Part shown: in pieces, positions 30,725 to 39,660 of the stretch | Layout of the letters: each line of letters starts with the position of its first letter | How positions within the stretch are numbered: position 1 is the first letter of the stretch | Source of the DNA: Bdellovibrionales bacterium | Lineage (GTDB): Bacteria; Bdellovibrionota; Bdellovibrionia; Bdellovibrionales; UBA1609 | DNA: 64,000 nt | Assembly (NCBI GenBank): GCA_027317865.1 | Contig: DAHVQG010000005.1 | Location: 96,001-160,000 of the forward strand | Direction of reading: 5' to 3' | The notes under the pieces: model-generated | Database searches by the model: none | What the model was told of the DNA's origin: nothing | Seen by the model: only the letters and a program-made list of their open reading frames with translations | Translations under genes and position numbers: made by a program

Positions 30725-31942
30725 GTTCTGTTGCTTTTTAATCAGCGGCGAGATTTTTTTATCTAGATCCATCGCCTTTTTTATTAGGGCGTTAATTTTC
30801 TTTTCGTCGGCACTTCGCCCTGACTCAATCTTTTTTGAAATGAGTTGGTCGATCTCGGATTCAAGCGGAATTTTTTTAGCCATAAGGTCGCTAATTTGTT
30901 GTGCATACGGTTCGGCGCGTTTAATACTTTTGATTTCGTGATCGAGTTCTTCGACCACAAGAGCTGTCCTCCACGCGCAGTCCTTTTTAATTCGTACCAC
31001 ATCGCCATAGATATGATCGCCAATGTAAAGTACCTCGTCTGGTTCAAGACCAAGTTCTTCGGTAAAGCGATTGGCGTTGCCGCTTTCATAGATCCCGGGG
31101 CTTAAAACTTCATCGTCGTGAACTGCAGCAGCAACTTTGCCGGTTTTCGTGTCGATGCGCAAAAACGGATTATCTTCAAAAAAGAAATTAGGTTTGTTGG
31201 CGCGAACGATCACATACGAAAAGAGATCCTGCCAGCCGCCGGAATGTTTTGTATAGGGAGTGATCGCATAATCGAGAAGTAGTTTTGCGTAATTATAATC
31301 GGAATTTGTGATAATAAAAAACTTTTTGTTGTGCTTCATGTATCGTTCAATGCCGTCTACAACCTCGCGGTCTTTTATGATGTACTGATCAAGATTCTCG
31401 CGCACTTGGTTTTTGAGACTTCCGTCGCGATGAGCTTCGTCGAGAACGGCATTTAAATCTTCGGCTAGAGTCGTAAAATCGGGGATTGTGCTTTTGCATT
31501 CGCCTTCTTTAAGGTCGACAAGTTGAGCAAACAGAGTCGCAAACGATATTGAAAACGTGGTGTCAATCTTGTCGTAGTGCCGGTCTTTAATGTCGATATA
31601 AGTACTTTTATAAATCCGATTTTGTTTAGAGAAATCGATCATCTCCGTCCCGTGGGCGCTGAGGCGAATGGCGGTGTGACGCGACAGCTTGAGCACGTTA
31701 CCTTTGGCTTTGTCGATCACAAGGCCGCGGATGGCTCCTTTGAAATTAAATTTGAGATTTAAAATCGCATTCGGGTAGCCTTTATTAGTAACGAGCTTTT
31801 CGCACATTATGCGATGGGCGAGAGCTTCAAAGTTTTCCGCTTTATAGCGCACAAGGGTGAGGTCCATATCGAGGCCGATATGATTGATGCGTTTCATGTT
31901 CAGAGTGCGATTACAAAACACGGGTTGCATTTGTGATTTCAT
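30548..31942 (-). CDS. HAD-IG family 5'-nucleotidase (cN-II type)
   Basis: VFCNRTL, DMDLTLVRY, IRGL.ID, ITNS, KP.FF, YIGDHIYGD, FA.QVERFACIY; start codon uncertain. Confidence 0.92.
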   Translation of the reverse strand: MKSQMQPVFCNRTLNMKRINHIGLDMDLTLVRYKAENFEALAHRIMCEKLVTNKGYPNAILNLKFNFKGAIRGLVIDKAKGNVLKLSRHTAIRLSAHGTEMIDFSKQNRIYKSTYIDIKDRHYDKIDTTFSISFATLFAQLVDLKEGECKSTIPDFTTLAEDLNAVLDEAHRDGSLKNQVRENLDQYIIKDREVVDGIERYMKHNKKFFIITNSDYNYAKLLLDYAITPYTKHSGGWQDLFSYVIVRANKPNFFFEDNPFLRIDTKTGKVAAAVHDDEVLSPGIYESGNANRFTEELGLEPDEVLYIGDHIYGDVVRIKKDCAWRTALVVEELDHEIKSIKRAEPYAQQISDLMAKKIPLESEIDQLISKKIESGRSADEKKINALIKKAMDLDKKISPLIKKQQNLFNPQWGEIMRTGIEESYFAYQVERFACIYTARLSHLLKMSPRTYYRSMKRPLPHEMV

Positions 31943-31953
31943 ATGACGGGAGT

Positions 31954-32313
31954 TCACTTTGTTACCGGCAAATTGCACTTGTTCCATTCGAGCATTCCGC
32001 CTTTCATGTTAAAGACATGCTCGTAACCGCTTTGTTTGGCAAACGCGGTAGCGCGCGCAGATCTCGCCCCGCTTCGGCAAACGAATACAACGACTTCGTC
32101 TTGCGGTATTTGTGAAAGTTCATTCGGGAGCGAACCTAGAGTCAAAAGCTTTGCTTCAGCGATGTGACCAAGTTCACCGATCCACTCGTCGTGTTCACGC
32201 ACATCGACTATGCATACGCCGCTTTTGCACGCAAACACGTCTTCAACAGTTACCTCGATCACGTTCGGGTTCATTGGATTTGGCGTTTGCGAACGAAACG
32301 GAATTTTTGGCAT
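31954..32313 (-). CDS. Rhodanese-like protein
   Basis: IVDVRE..E...GHI, CRSGARS, NMKGGMLEW. Confidence 0.92.
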   Translation of the reverse strand: MPKIPFRSQTPNPMNPNVIEVTVEDVFACKSGVCIVDVREHDEWIGELGHIAEAKLLTLGSLPNELSQIPQDEVVVFVCRSGARSARATAFAKQSGYEHVFNMKGGMLEWNKCNLPVTK

Positions 32314-32475
32314 AAATCACTCCCTATTGCGCGCGACAGTGTGCGAGTGGTTGAATCAGGTAATACGGCGGTTACAATTTAGCAAACTTTACTTTGCTAA
32401 GAAAACATGGTTTTTTGTTTTGGAATGGGCGCGAACAGCGCAATAGAAGTTTTTTGTACGTAAAGGAAATATCCT

Positions 32476-33555
32476 ATGGAAATGACGCGACACAACGAAA
32501 AATCAATTGAAAATCCTATTGGGCTCGATGGTCTTGAGTTCATTGAATATTCGGCGCCGGATTCGGGCGAGCAACTTGAAAAATTATTTCGTCGCTGGGG
32601 ATTTCAAAAGATCGGCGACCATAAAACAAAAAAGGTAAGTCTTTATGTGCAAGGGCTGATCCGGTTTATCGTGAATCGCGAAGACGATTCGTTTGCTCGT
32701 GAGTTTAGTCAAGATCACGGCCCTTCGATCTGCGCAACCGGGTTTCGTGTGAAAGACGCCCAAAAAGCCATGGGCGAAGCTGTAAAACGAGGTGCAAAAC
32801 CAGTTCCGCCGTCAAGGGATCATAGCTTTCCGGCGGTGTACGGTATCGGTAATTCGGTCATCTATTTTGTGGATCAATACGCGAAAGCGGGGGTTGCGGT
32901 CAATTCCAAACCTTATTTTGTTTACGAAAATGATTTCAATCTTTCAACGCACAATAAAGTTCCCGGATATGGTCTTCTTACGATTGATCACCTGACCAAT
33001 AATGTTCCCAAAGGGGCGATGCAAGAGTGGTGCGATTTTTACAGACGCATCTTCAATTTTCGCGAAGTGCGATACTTCGACATAAAAGGCAAGCAGACGG
33101 GTTTGTATTCGAAAGTCATGCGCAGCCCCTGCGACAAAATTATTATTCCAATCAACGAGCCGGTAGGGGAAAAATCACAGATTCAAGAGTATCTAGAAGA
33201 ATACCGCGGGCCGGGCATTCAACACGTGGCGCTTCTGACCTCCGATATCATCACAAGTTTGCGGGGGCTCAAACAAGCCGACATCGAGTTTCTTGACACG
33301 ATTGAAACGTATTACGATTTGCTCCCGAAGCGGTTGCCGAACGTGACGGAAGACATCGATCAGTTGAAAGCGTTTAAAATATTGGCGGATGGCGATGAAG
33401 AGGGATATCTTCTTCAGATATTTTCAAAAAACCTGATTGGGCCCATCTTTTACGAAGTGATTCAGAGAAAAAATCATATGGGCTTTGGCGAGGGCAATTT
33501 TCAGGCTCTTTTTGATTCGATCGAAGAAGATCAACGACGCAGAGGGTATTTGTAG
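32476..33555 (+). CDS. hppD: 4-hydroxyphenylpyruvate dioxygenase
   Basis: NPIGLDGLEFIEY, IDHLTNNV, SQIQEYL, GIQHVAL, GFGEGNFQALF. Confidence 0.97.
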   Translation: MEMTRHNEKSIENPIGLDGLEFIEYSAPDSGEQLEKLFRRWGFQKIGDHKTKKVSLYVQGLIRFIVNREDDSFAREFSQDHGPSICATGFRVKDAQKAMGEAVKRGAKPVPPSRDHSFPAVYGIGNSVIYFVDQYAKAGVAVNSKPYFVYENDFNLSTHNKVPGYGLLTIDHLTNNVPKGAMQEWCDFYRRIFNFREVRYFDIKGKQTGLYSKVMRSPCDKIIIPINEPVGEKSQIQEYLEEYRGPGIQHVALLTSDIITSLRGLKQADIEFLDTIETYYDLLPKRLPNVTEDIDQLKAFKILADGDEEGYLLQIFSKNLIGPIFYEVIQRKNHMGFGEGNFQALFDSIEEDQRRRGYL

Positions 33556-33565
33556 GAGCAATTTT

Positions 33566-34666
33566 ATGCACCAGTACACGCAAGGCAAACCAACAAAACA
33601 AGCGCACAAGGCCATTCCCGACGGTTGTTACGAAGAGGAGCAGGGGTTGAAAGGCTTTTTTGGCCCGGTTTCGCATCTCATCCGAAAAAAACCGAGTACG
33701 CGATGGAACAAAATTGAAGGCGAGCTTAAGCCGCGCATGTTTGATTTGGTGAAGCTTGAACAGGGCGGAAGGCAGCGTCTGTTCTACAATTCGGCGCTTA
33801 ACGTGTACTGGTCGTGGGAGAGCCCCAAAGCTCCGGATCAACTTAAAGCATTTCGGTCGTCTGACGGTGATCTTCTTTATTTTTGCCACCGTGGTGCCGG
33901 TGAAGTTTTTACTGAATATGGGCTTCTTACCTATCGAGCGGGTCACTACATTAATATTCCAAAGTGCATTGCGCACACAATTGTCGCCAAATCTCCGAGC
34001 GTATTTTTTGCTGTCGAAAACCTCAACAGTCATTTTGAAGAACCGGCGCGCGGAATAGTCGGGCGTCACGCCGTTTACGACATTAACGCCCTCGGCAAAC
34101 CGGATCTCGATCAGTTGCACGCGCGTCTTGATGAACTCGGGCAGCCGGTTTGCGAAATCGAAGTTAAGCATGAAGAGAAAACGACACGCTTTTTTTACGA
34201 CGAAACCATTTACGATGTCGTTGGTTGGAAGGGCGATCTTTTTCCGTTTACGCTCCACATGGATGACATGATGCCACTCATGTCTCATCGTGCCCATTTG
34301 CCGCCATCGGCGCACTCGACCCTTGTCGCGCGTGACTTTGTGGTTTGCACTTTTTTGCCGCGGCCTCTTGAGCGGGACGCGGATGCTTTAAAAGTTCCGT
34401 TTTATCACCAAAACATAGACTACGACGAAATCATCTTTTATCACGACGGCAATTTTTTTAGCCGCGACAATCTTCATGCCGGGATGCTTTCGCTTCATCC
34501 TTCGGGCTTTCCGCATGGGCCGCATCCAAAAGCGGTGCGCGGGATTTCAAATAAAACCGAAACTAACGAATATGCCGTTATGGTGGATTCGCGACTGCGC
34601 CTCAATCGTGAACCGGTTTTATCTAACATCGAGATGACGAATTATTGGCAATCGTGGATGGGTTAA
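33566..34666 (+). CDS. hmgA: Homogentisate 1,2-dioxygenase
   Basis: EEE.G..GFFG, DVVGWKG, HLPPSAH, PFYHQNIDYDE, HPSGFPHGPHP; start after AGGAG. Confidence 0.93.
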   Translation: MHQYTQGKPTKQAHKAIPDGCYEEEQGLKGFFGPVSHLIRKKPSTRWNKIEGELKPRMFDLVKLEQGGRQRLFYNSALNVYWSWESPKAPDQLKAFRSSDGDLLYFCHRGAGEVFTEYGLLTYRAGHYINIPKCIAHTIVAKSPSVFFAVENLNSHFEEPARGIVGRHAVYDINALGKPDLDQLHARLDELGQPVCEIEVKHEEKTTRFFYDETIYDVVGWKGDLFPFTLHMDDMMPLMSHRAHLPPSAHSTLVARDFVVCTFLPRPLERDADALKVPFYHQNIDYDEIIFYHDGNFFSRDNLHAGMLSLHPSGFPHGPHPKAVRGISNKTETNEYAVMVDSRLRLNREPVLSNIEMTNYWQSWMG

Positions 34667-34696
34667 TTTGCACTCTAGAGTGAAGGAGCCGTAACA

Positions 34697-35845
34697 ATGC
34701 TCACGCCGCTTGGGGCAATGAAACTCGCAATCGCCGAAGCGCGAAAGGGATTTGGTTTTGTAAGCCCCAATCCACCGGTTGGCTGCGTGATTCTCGATCG
34801 TGATGGGAATTTTTTGGCCAAAGGGTATCATCGAAAATTTGGTAGCGATCACGCCGAAATCGATGCGCTTAAGCAGATTCAAAACGAAAAGGCTCTTGAT
34901 GGGGCGACTGTTTATGTGACACTCGAACCGTGCGCCCATTTTGGTAAAACCCCGCCCTGCGCCGTTGCTCTTGCAAAACTGCCGGTCGCGAAAGTCGTAT
35001 ACGGTCTAAAAGATCCGAATCTTTTGGTATCGGGTCAAGGGCTTGAAATTTTAAAGCGAGCGAAAATATCAGTTCAGCCGGTGGGCGAGTTGGTTGGTGA
35101 TGCGGCGACAGAGTTGATTGGCGAACTGGAAGACCTCGCCGAAGTTTTTTTGCTCAATCATCGTGAAAAAAAATCGTTTGTTTCGGTCAAAATTGCAACC
35201 ACTTTGGATGGTCAGATTGCGCATGTTTCGGGTGAAAGCAAATGGCTTACCGGCGATAATTCGCGAGAGCATGCTCAGTATTTGCGGGGTATCCACGACG
35301 CGGTCATGATTGGCGCGGGGACATTCCGCCAAGACAATCCCAAACTCAATGTGCGCCATTCACGATTTTCGGGTAAGTCAAATTACGCAATTATTGTGAA
35401 CTCAAAAGGGGATTTGCTGGACCAAATTGCCGATTCTGAATTGTTGAACTGTCATGAGCCGGGGCGAGTGATTGTGGCCGTTGGCGAGTCGAGTAAAAAT
35501 TTGCGTCGTTTTGAACGTAAGTCCGAGATATTAAATAAGGTTCAGATTTGGCCCTTGCCGGAAAAAAATGGGCTTATTAAATTGAGCGCGCTCTTTGAAA
35601 AAGCTTTTGATACAGGACTTTCATCCATTTTTGTTGAAGGCGGCGCGCGTCTTGTCTCAAACCTAATTGTTGAAGGGCATGTCCATCGTCTTTACCAGTT
35701 CGTTGCGCCGCAACTCTTGGGGGCAAAGTCAGGGAAACCCTTTACGGAGGGGCTGGACATTCCTAAATTTTCTGATCGCATTATCGTCGAAAGGCCAGCG
35801 TGGCTACCCTTGGGTGACGATGTTTTACTCACGGGGCGGCTGTAG
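34697..35845 (+). CDS. ribD: Riboflavin biosynthesis deaminase/reductase
   Basis: SPNPPVGC, HAE, TLEPCAHFGKTPPC, TLDG, VEGG. Confidence 0.96.
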   Translation: MLTPLGAMKLAIAEARKGFGFVSPNPPVGCVILDRDGNFLAKGYHRKFGSDHAEIDALKQIQNEKALDGATVYVTLEPCAHFGKTPPCAVALAKLPVAKVVYGLKDPNLLVSGQGLEILKRAKISVQPVGELVGDAATELIGELEDLAEVFLLNHREKKSFVSVKIATTLDGQIAHVSGESKWLTGDNSREHAQYLRGIHDAVMIGAGTFRQDNPKLNVRHSRFSGKSNYAIIVNSKGDLLDQIADSELLNCHEPGRVIVAVGESSKNLRRFERKSEILNKVQIWPLPEKNGLIKLSALFEKAFDTGLSSIFVEGGARLVSNLIVEGHVHRLYQFVAPQLLGAKSGKPFTEGLDIPKFSDRIIVERPAWLPLGDDVLLTGRL

Positions 35846-35860
35846 GCCAACCTATTAAAT

Positions 35861-35868
35861 GCCGATAA
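35861..35868 (+). promoter_or_regulatory. Putative sigma28 (FliA) -10 element
   Basis: GCCGATAA 13 nt before the ATG; -35 match poor. Confidence 0.4.
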
Positions 35869-35881
35869 GTCGCATGAACTT

Positions 35882-36730
35882 ATGGGCGCTCCAAAATTAA
35901 TCGATATGGAAACTCTTTACGGCAATTTAATTCTAGAACCGCTGCGCGGCAGCGTGAACTGGCAACGCATCTGCGTCGTCGAGTCGGAAATCCCGTCTGA
36001 GGTTTTTCGCCTGGCGCTCAATTATGATTCCGCACATGTGGTCCAAACAAAAAATCCTTACTTTGCAAACGACCTCAATACGGCGGCTCTTTTTGCAAAA
36101 GACAAAGACGCCTTTTCGCGCGCCCCGCTTTCTGCCATATTGGCGCCCGACAGGTGCGATGAAAAGAGCGAAACGGAGCTCAAAATTTTTGAGCAAACGT
36201 TCACCTCTTCAATTGAAAAACCACAGATATTGATAAATGCGGAGTCCGCGCTTAACGGGCTCTCGATTGCCGGGTCGCTCATTGCCGATATCATCGTGAT
36301 CGTCGACGAAATGATCACAAACGCGGTGTACAATGCGCCATTTGTCGACCTGCAAAATACAAATTCAGGACCGCGTCACCGGCAAAATGAAGTCCATATG
36401 CCCAGTGGCAAATCGGCGCGAATTTTTATCGGCGCAGACAAAGACCGGATTGCGATCGGCTGCAAGGATCTCTACGGGACGCTAAACGTAAACAAATTAT
36501 TCGCACGCATCAAGAATTGCTATGATACCTCGGTCGGCGATAATATTAATTTTTCCGGAGCGGGCGGAGCCGGCATCGGCTCGTATATGATTTTTAATTC
36601 TTCAGCGAGTTATTTTGCGGAGGTGAAAATCGAAACACACACTATCGTCTGTTGTACCGTTCCCATTCGAATGAGCAGTCGGGGGCGGCAGAAAATCGTT
36701 AAGAACTTACATTTTTCAACTTATAAATGA
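35882..36730 (+). CDS. Anti-sigma/Ser-kinase-like HATPase-domain protein
   Basis: N-box DEMITNAVYNA, KDLYG, G2-like GAGGAGIGSYMI; adjacent to a STAS-like gene. Confidence 0.62.
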   Translation: MGAPKLIDMETLYGNLILEPLRGSVNWQRICVVESEIPSEVFRLALNYDSAHVVQTKNPYFANDLNTAALFAKDKDAFSRAPLSAILAPDRCDEKSETELKIFEQTFTSSIEKPQILINAESALNGLSIAGSLIADIIVIVDEMITNAVYNAPFVDLQNTNSGPRHRQNEVHMPSGKSARIFIGADKDRIAIGCKDLYGTLNVNKLFARIKNCYDTSVGDNINFSGAGGAGIGSYMIFNSSASYFAEVKIETHTIVCCTVPIRMSSRGRQKIVKNLHFSTYK

Positions 36731-36746
36731 ACAAAAAGAGGTTAAC

Positions 36747-37220
36747 ATGGGCCAATTCACAGCTGAAAAAAATCAAGCAGGAGACGAACTCGTCATACGG
36801 CTCGCCGGCCACATTGACGAAGATGCAACGTTTAACGATTTAGGTCTTGCCGGGGCAGGAAAAATCACGCTTGAGCTTGAAGGTGTCAGCGCGATCAATT
36901 CCTGCGGCATTCGCGAGTGGATTAAATGGGTGCGAACCGCGCCTGAAACAGCGAAGATTGTTTACAAGAAATGCCCAAAGGTCATTGTGGACCAAATTAA
37001 TATGGTTGCGGGCTTTTTGCCCAGTAATGCTAAGGTCGAATCTTTTTTTGTTCCCTATTATTCGGACGCATCGGGCGCTGAAAAAATGATTTTGTTCACG
37101 GAGGGCAAAGAGTTTAACGGCCCCGAAGTTCATGCCCCTGCGGAAGTGAAAGACGATTCGGGAGAGGTTATGGAGATGGACGTAATCGAGGCGAAATATT
37201 TTAAATTTTTGCAAAAGTGA
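36747..37220 (+). CDS. STAS-like (anti-anti-sigma) protein
   Basis: LAGHIDE, LEGVSAINSCGIREW resembling the SpoIIAA D-S-S-G phosphoacceptor loop. Confidence 0.7.
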   Translation: MGQFTAEKNQAGDELVIRLAGHIDEDATFNDLGLAGAGKITLELEGVSAINSCGIREWIKWVRTAPETAKIVYKKCPKVIVDQINMVAGFLPSNAKVESFFVPYYSDASGAEKMILFTEGKEFNGPEVHAPAEVKDDSGEVMEMDVIEAKYFKFLQK

Positions 37221-39139
37221 TGGAATATACTTTTTTTGACGGATTAATTGATTCGGTCTTTGTGATCGGTCGCGATCGCGAGATCGTTTATTGTAACGAG
37301 GCCGCAGCGAAACTCTGCGAATCGTCGGTGCGCCGTCTTGTTCGCGGCAAGGCGATTTTTGACGTCATTGAATTTTCAAACAAGAACCTATTCGTTATGG
37401 GCGGCACTACAGGTGAAACTGAACCCGCGCCCTATCAAGAAATTGAGTTTAACCTAAAAAACGATGAAAAATCCGGCAAAGTGCAACTTGCGATTCAACC
37501 GTTCAGTGAACCTTCGGGCGAAAACCGGTGGGTGATTATTGTTCGCGACGTGACGATCGAAGAAGTGCTCCACGCGAAATATCATAAGCAACTTGAAGAA
37601 AAAGAAGTTTATATCGGGCAGTTGCAAGTCGCGCAAAAAAAGCTCGAAGAATATTCTAAAAACCTCGAGCAAATGGTCGAAGAGCGCACCGGTGAAGTAA
37701 AGCGCGCCAACGTCATGTTAAACGCAATTATGAACAGCCTCGGCCAAGGTTTTTTTGCTTTTGACGAAAGCGGGGATTGTGCGGACTTTTATACGCGTGC
37801 ATGCGTTGAAATTCTAGAAGCCGAACCGGCCCGAAAAAAGGTGTGGGATGTTCTAAGGCTTGACGAAAAGGAAGCCTCCACGTTCAAGCTTTGGATGAAG
37901 TCGATATTTTCAGAAGCGCTACCGTTTGATTCTCTCCGCGAGCTTGGGCCGTCGCTATTTCATCACTCGGCCGGACGGCACATTGAGCTTGAATATTTTC
38001 CGATTCGCGATACGGCAAGTTCTGGCCATGATGACGGCGGCGCTATTCGAAATGTTGTTGTCGTCGCAACTGATCGAACTTCAGAATTTCTCGCCAACCA
38101 AGCACTTGAACGGGAGAAAAAATTCGCGCGCATGGTGGTCAAACTTGTAACGGCACGGCGCCCTTTTTCACAGTTTCTTGTAAGCGCCCGGCAAACAATC
38201 GACGACGTGTATGAGCGGTCGGCGCGCGCACTTAAACGACAAGCAGCAAGCTATGACAGCGACGAAAGAGCCTGGCTTTACCGGGCATTGCATACTTTAG
38301 AAGGTGAATCCGCAATTTACTCGATTCAGGAATTGTGGGCGGGCGCGCGCAAATGTCAGGAAGTATTAAGCGCCAGTTCGACAATATTGGAATTTAACAG
38401 GTCCGTTGAAGCTTTAAAAAAGCAATATGAAGAGTTTTTGAGCGTTAATCACAATTTATTTTCGAGTCTCGGAGTGTTTGAAGGCGGCTCGCGGGTGGAG
38501 CTTTCGCAAGACGACATCAACGATCTTCTTGCGCAACTTAAAAAAGCGGGAACATCTCCGCAGATTTTTGAACTTGTCGTAGAGAAACTAGAAAAAGAAA
38601 CGATATCAAGGCTTTTGGAGCATTATAGTGATTCGGTTGAGGTGCTGGCAAAAAAATTGAACAAAAGTGTTGCGCCACTTAAAATCACAGGCGGAGATCA
38701 GCGGATTTTTGCTGAGCCTTACAAGAATCTTTTTTCGTCGTTCATTCACGTGTTTAGAAATTGTCTAGATCACGGTATTGAATCTAGCGAAGACAGAATC
38801 GCCGCCGGCAAGTCGCCCGAAGGGCATATTGAAATTCGAGTCGAGCCGTTTCAAGAGAAAATGGGCGGGACAAAAAAGAATTGGTTGCGTATTCAGATTA
38901 TCGACGATGGGCGAGGCATCCCCGCGGACGTGATTCCTCGAGTATTTCAAGCGGGGTTTAGCACTCGAACTGAAGTCGGTGAATATTCCGGACGTGGCGT
39001 TGGCATGAACGTCATAGCGGTTGAAGCAGAGGCACTCGGCGGTCGCGCCAGGATCTCGTCCCAGATCGGCAAAGGCACTTCAACAATTATCGAAATACCC
39101 GAGTTACAACAGGTTGCAAGGCAATCAACTGCTGCGTAA
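37217..39139 (+). CDS. PAS-containing CheA-like histidine kinase (Hpt plus HATPase, no CheW domain)
   Basis: PAS-like N-terminus, coiled coil, RALHTLEG, RNCLDHGIE, DDGRGI, GFST, SGRGVGM. Confidence 0.85.
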   Translation: MMEYTFFDGLIDSVFVIGRDREIVYCNEAAAKLCESSVRRLVRGKAIFDVIEFSNKNLFVMGGTTGETEPAPYQEIEFNLKNDEKSGKVQLAIQPFSEPSGENRWVIIVRDVTIEEVLHAKYHKQLEEKEVYIGQLQVAQKKLEEYSKNLEQMVEERTGEVKRANVMLNAIMNSLGQGFFAFDESGDCADFYTRACVEILEAEPARKKVWDVLRLDEKEASTFKLWMKSIFSEALPFDSLRELGPSLFHHSAGRHIELEYFPIRDTASSGHDDGGAIRNVVVVATDRTSEFLANQALEREKKFARMVVKLVTARRPFSQFLVSARQTIDDVYERSARALKRQAASYDSDERAWLYRALHTLEGESAIYSIQELWAGARKCQEVLSASSTILEFNRSVEALKKQYEEFLSVNHNLFSSLGVFEGGSRVELSQDDINDLLAQLKKAGTSPQIFELVVEKLEKETISRLLEHYSDSVEVLAKKLNKSVAPLKITGGDQRIFAEPYKNLFSSFIHVFRNCLDHGIESSEDRIAAGKSPEGHIEIRVEPFQEKMGGTKKNWLRIQIIDDGRGIPADVIPRVFQAGFSTRTEVGEYSGRGVGMNVIAVEAEALGGRARISSQIGKGTSTIIEIPELQQVARQSTAA

Positions 39140-39167
39140 AGTAGATGGTTGATTGTGGGAGGTCGAA

Positions 39168-39581
39168 GTGTTTCCTAAAGAATCACACATTCTTGTTGTT
39201 GATGACTCCATTAATATTCGAAATATCGTTTGCGACAATTTAAAGCGCTTGGGTTTTTCGAAGATGGAGACGGCTCCCGATGCCAACGACGCTTTTAGTA
39301 AACTCGTGTCTTATTCGAAGACTCCCAATCCGGTTACGTTGATTTTATCCGATCTCAATATGCCCGGACCATCAGGCATCGATTTTCTCAAGCAGGTTCG
39401 AGAAATTGACAAGTTTAAAGAGTTGCCGTTTGTTCTGATTACAACTGAGAGTGAAAAGCAGGCGGTCATCCAGGCGGCATTGGCCGGCGTCAGTGCGTAT
39501 ATTGTTAAGCCATTTAACCTTGAAACGTTAACGAAGCGCCTGCAAGAGGCTTGGAAAAAGCATCACCCGCCAGCGCCGTAA
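39168..39581 (+). CDS. CheY-like single-domain response regulator
   Basis: ILVVDD, SDLNMP, LITT, YIVKPF; GGAGG RBS before GTG. Confidence 0.92.
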   Translation: MFPKESHILVVDDSINIRNIVCDNLKRLGFSKMETAPDANDAFSKLVSYSKTPNPVTLILSDLNMPGPSGIDFLKQVREIDKFKELPFVLITTESEKQAVIQAALAGVSAYIVKPFNLETLTKRLQEAWKKHHPPAP

Positions 39582-39621
39582 AAAGCTCGATATAATACCG
39601 ACCTGGCTATACTAAGGGCCA

Positions 39622-39649
39622 GAAAGCATTTGGCGATTTTTGCCGATAA
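39622..39649 (+). promoter_or_regulatory. Putative sigma28 (FliA) promoter
   Basis: GAAAG-N15-GCCGATAA, 11 nt before ATG 39661. Confidence 0.5.
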
Positions 39650-39660
39650 AGAATCTGGCC

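Noticed and set aside
33374-34315. 313-aa minus-strand ORF
   Set aside because: Antisense shadow of hppD/hmgA with no recognisable motif
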